Below are positions 62,989 through 64,000 of a stretch of 64,000 bases of DNA, piece by piece. Each line of letters opens with the position of its first letter. The first letter of the stretch is position 1. The stretch spans positions 17,256-81,255 of the forward strand of contig CAZOQX010000001.1 in assembly GCA_964582465.1 (NCBI GenBank). The letters are read 5' to 3'. A model generated the notes under the pieces. It saw nothing but the letters and a program-made list of their open reading frames with translations, made no database searches and was not told where the DNA came from. Origin of the DNA: an uncultured Candidatus Saccharibacteria bacterium. Lineage in GTDB: Bacteria > Patescibacteriota > Saccharimonadia > UBA4664 > CAZOQX01. Position numbers and translations under genes: made by a program.

Positions 62989-63546
62989 CTATGCCGCCGC
63001 TTGGTGCTGCCGCGTCCGAGTGCGGCTGGGAGGAGAGAAGAGGTGGGGATACCGTTGCTTGGCCTTCTTGGGCTCTCGCTGCAGCCGTCTCAGGCCCTTC
63101 GGCGTGAGGAAGGTCACCCGGAAATTGATTCCGAAGAGGGCCGCTCTCAGCCTGGGCCACACCTCGACCGGTGCGATGACTGTCAGGTTGACACGATGGC
63201 CGAGTCGAGCCGCGGCGCGACATTTCGCAACCTTCTCCACGATGCCAGCGCCACCCCCGCCACCAGACGGACTCGGGTGGACCATGTAGATCTCTTCGAA
63301 GATCGGTCCGCGGTGGTCGTGGAACCTGAGGTCCGGGCGGAAGGGCACGCCGCTCAGCTGGGTCGGCTCGTAGTCGGGCGCGAGACCGGCGGCGCAGAAG
63401 ACATCGAAGAGGGCTCGTTCACCGTTGTGCCGTTTGGGCTGGCGAGTCTGAGTGGCGGTTGTCACTCTCTCCTCCGTGGTCGTAGAATCAAATAACCCCG
63501 CTTGTGCGGGGCTACATGGTGCAATTTGGTGCGGAGACAGCCGCAA
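62989..63546 (-). CDS. Hypothetical protein in GC-rich segment, possible restriction-endonuclease-like (Vsr/DUF559-like) fold
   Basis: GVPFRPDLRFHDHRGPIFEEIYMVH resembles the PD-(D/E)xK arrangement of Vsr-like nucleases (RPD...VIF.DG/E). About 65% GC, unlike the flanks. Strand choice is uncertain. Confidence 0.3.
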   Translation of the reverse strand: MRLSPHQIAPCSPAQAGLFDSTTTEERVTTATQTRQPKRHNGERALFDVFCAAGLAPDYEPTQLSGVPFRPDLRFHDHRGPIFEEIYMVHPSPSGGGGGAGIVEKVAKCRAAARLGHRVNLTVIAPVEVWPRLRAALFGINFRVTFLTPKGLRRLQREPKKAKQRYPHLFSPPSRTRTRQHQAAA

Positions 63547-63634
63547 CCACAGGGTATGTGGTTGGAAATGTCAGCGCGCACCTCATGACCTAATCATGAC
63601 AAAGCATAAGCACAATGTCAATAGCATAAGCTTT

Positions 63635-63913
63635 TTACTTAGGGGTGGATAAGTCGCCGGGCTGATCTTGCAGGATTTGATTCAAAGTATCGTAGTCCGA
63701 TCCGAAGGTATTAAGCTGGTGGTCCGAAGCCGCATTGTCATTATTAATCTGCTGGTCGAGCGACTGGCTCTTCAGGCTGGATTGATGTTTGTTGAAGGCC
63801 TGACTCGAGGCGTAATAGTAGAAACTGAGCGCGGCAGCGATCGCAAACAGAACGGCGAGCACCACTAGCGCAAGCAGTGTCCAGTCCGTTCCGATTTTAG
63901 CATTACGGCGCAT
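63635..63913 (-). CDS. Small membrane-anchored protein (92 aa)
   Basis: N-terminal TM WTLLALVVLAVLFAIAAALSFYYY followed by a polar Q/S/N-rich tail. Confidence 0.45.
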   Translation of the reverse strand: MRRNAKIGTDWTLLALVVLAVLFAIAAALSFYYYASSQAFNKHQSSLKSQSLDQQINNDNAASDHQLNTFGSDYDTLNQILQDQPGDLSTPK

Positions 63914-64000
63914 ACTTAAATTGTAATTGAAACACTCCCGACCGCGAAGGGTAAACTAAATATTTTGAAGCAAAAGCCGTATGATGTCAGTGGGGTATCG

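Noticed and set aside
63001-63495. 164-aa plus-strand ORF in the GC-rich terminal segment
   Set aside because: Arg/Gly/Ala-rich composition typical of the wrong frame in high-GC DNA. The minus-strand frame is somewhat more protein-like. Neither is confidently coding.

Overview
The window is a 64 kb bacterial chromosomal segment of about 50-55% GC. Gene content is consistent with a small-genome Gram-positive-like or Patescibacteria-type organism, but taxonomy cannot be fixed from sequence alone. Supporting clues are the absence of a Trp pathway context, stand-alone RRM RNA-binding proteins, an LPXTG substrate, a VanW protein and a Ku/LigD pair. The window contains three main blocks. (1) Positions 174 to about 19850 form a large surface-glycan biosynthesis locus on the minus strand. 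It holds GT1/GT2 glycosyltransferases, two tandem O-antigen-ligase/Wzy-like membrane proteins, a Wzx flippase, GmhA plus a GHMP heptose kinase plus a histidine phosphatase, an acetyltransferase, a TylF-type O-methyltransferase, rmlA, an rmlD-like gene and rmlB, a CHAP hydrolase and a 734-aa repeat surface protein. (2) A NUDIX hydrolase, VanW and lexA are followed by tRNA-Asn(GTT). The tRNA is immediately followed by a tightly packed, strand-alternating cluster: a SAM methyltransferase, an IMPDH/GMP-reductase-like enzyme, two P-loop kinase-like proteins, a hypothetical protein and a histidine phosphatase. Next comes a PAP2 phosphatase gene flanked by perfect 29-bp direct repeats. This is the most unusual region and the best candidate for an undescribed nucleotide/metabolite-modification or defence island. 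(3) A mosaic accessory stretch follows. It holds several compact GC-rich ORFans with strong G-rich hairpins, a cupin-NYN overlapping pair, two RRM proteins, an OmpR/histidine-kinase two-component system, MsrA/MsrB, OtsA, PAS and GGDEF-EAL signalling proteins, a Ku-HIT-LigD NHEJ operon, an Nramp transporter and a TreT-like GT4 enzyme. No CRISPR array, rRNA or obvious transposase was seen. All functional calls come from motif recognition by eye in the translated ORFs; no database search was possible.
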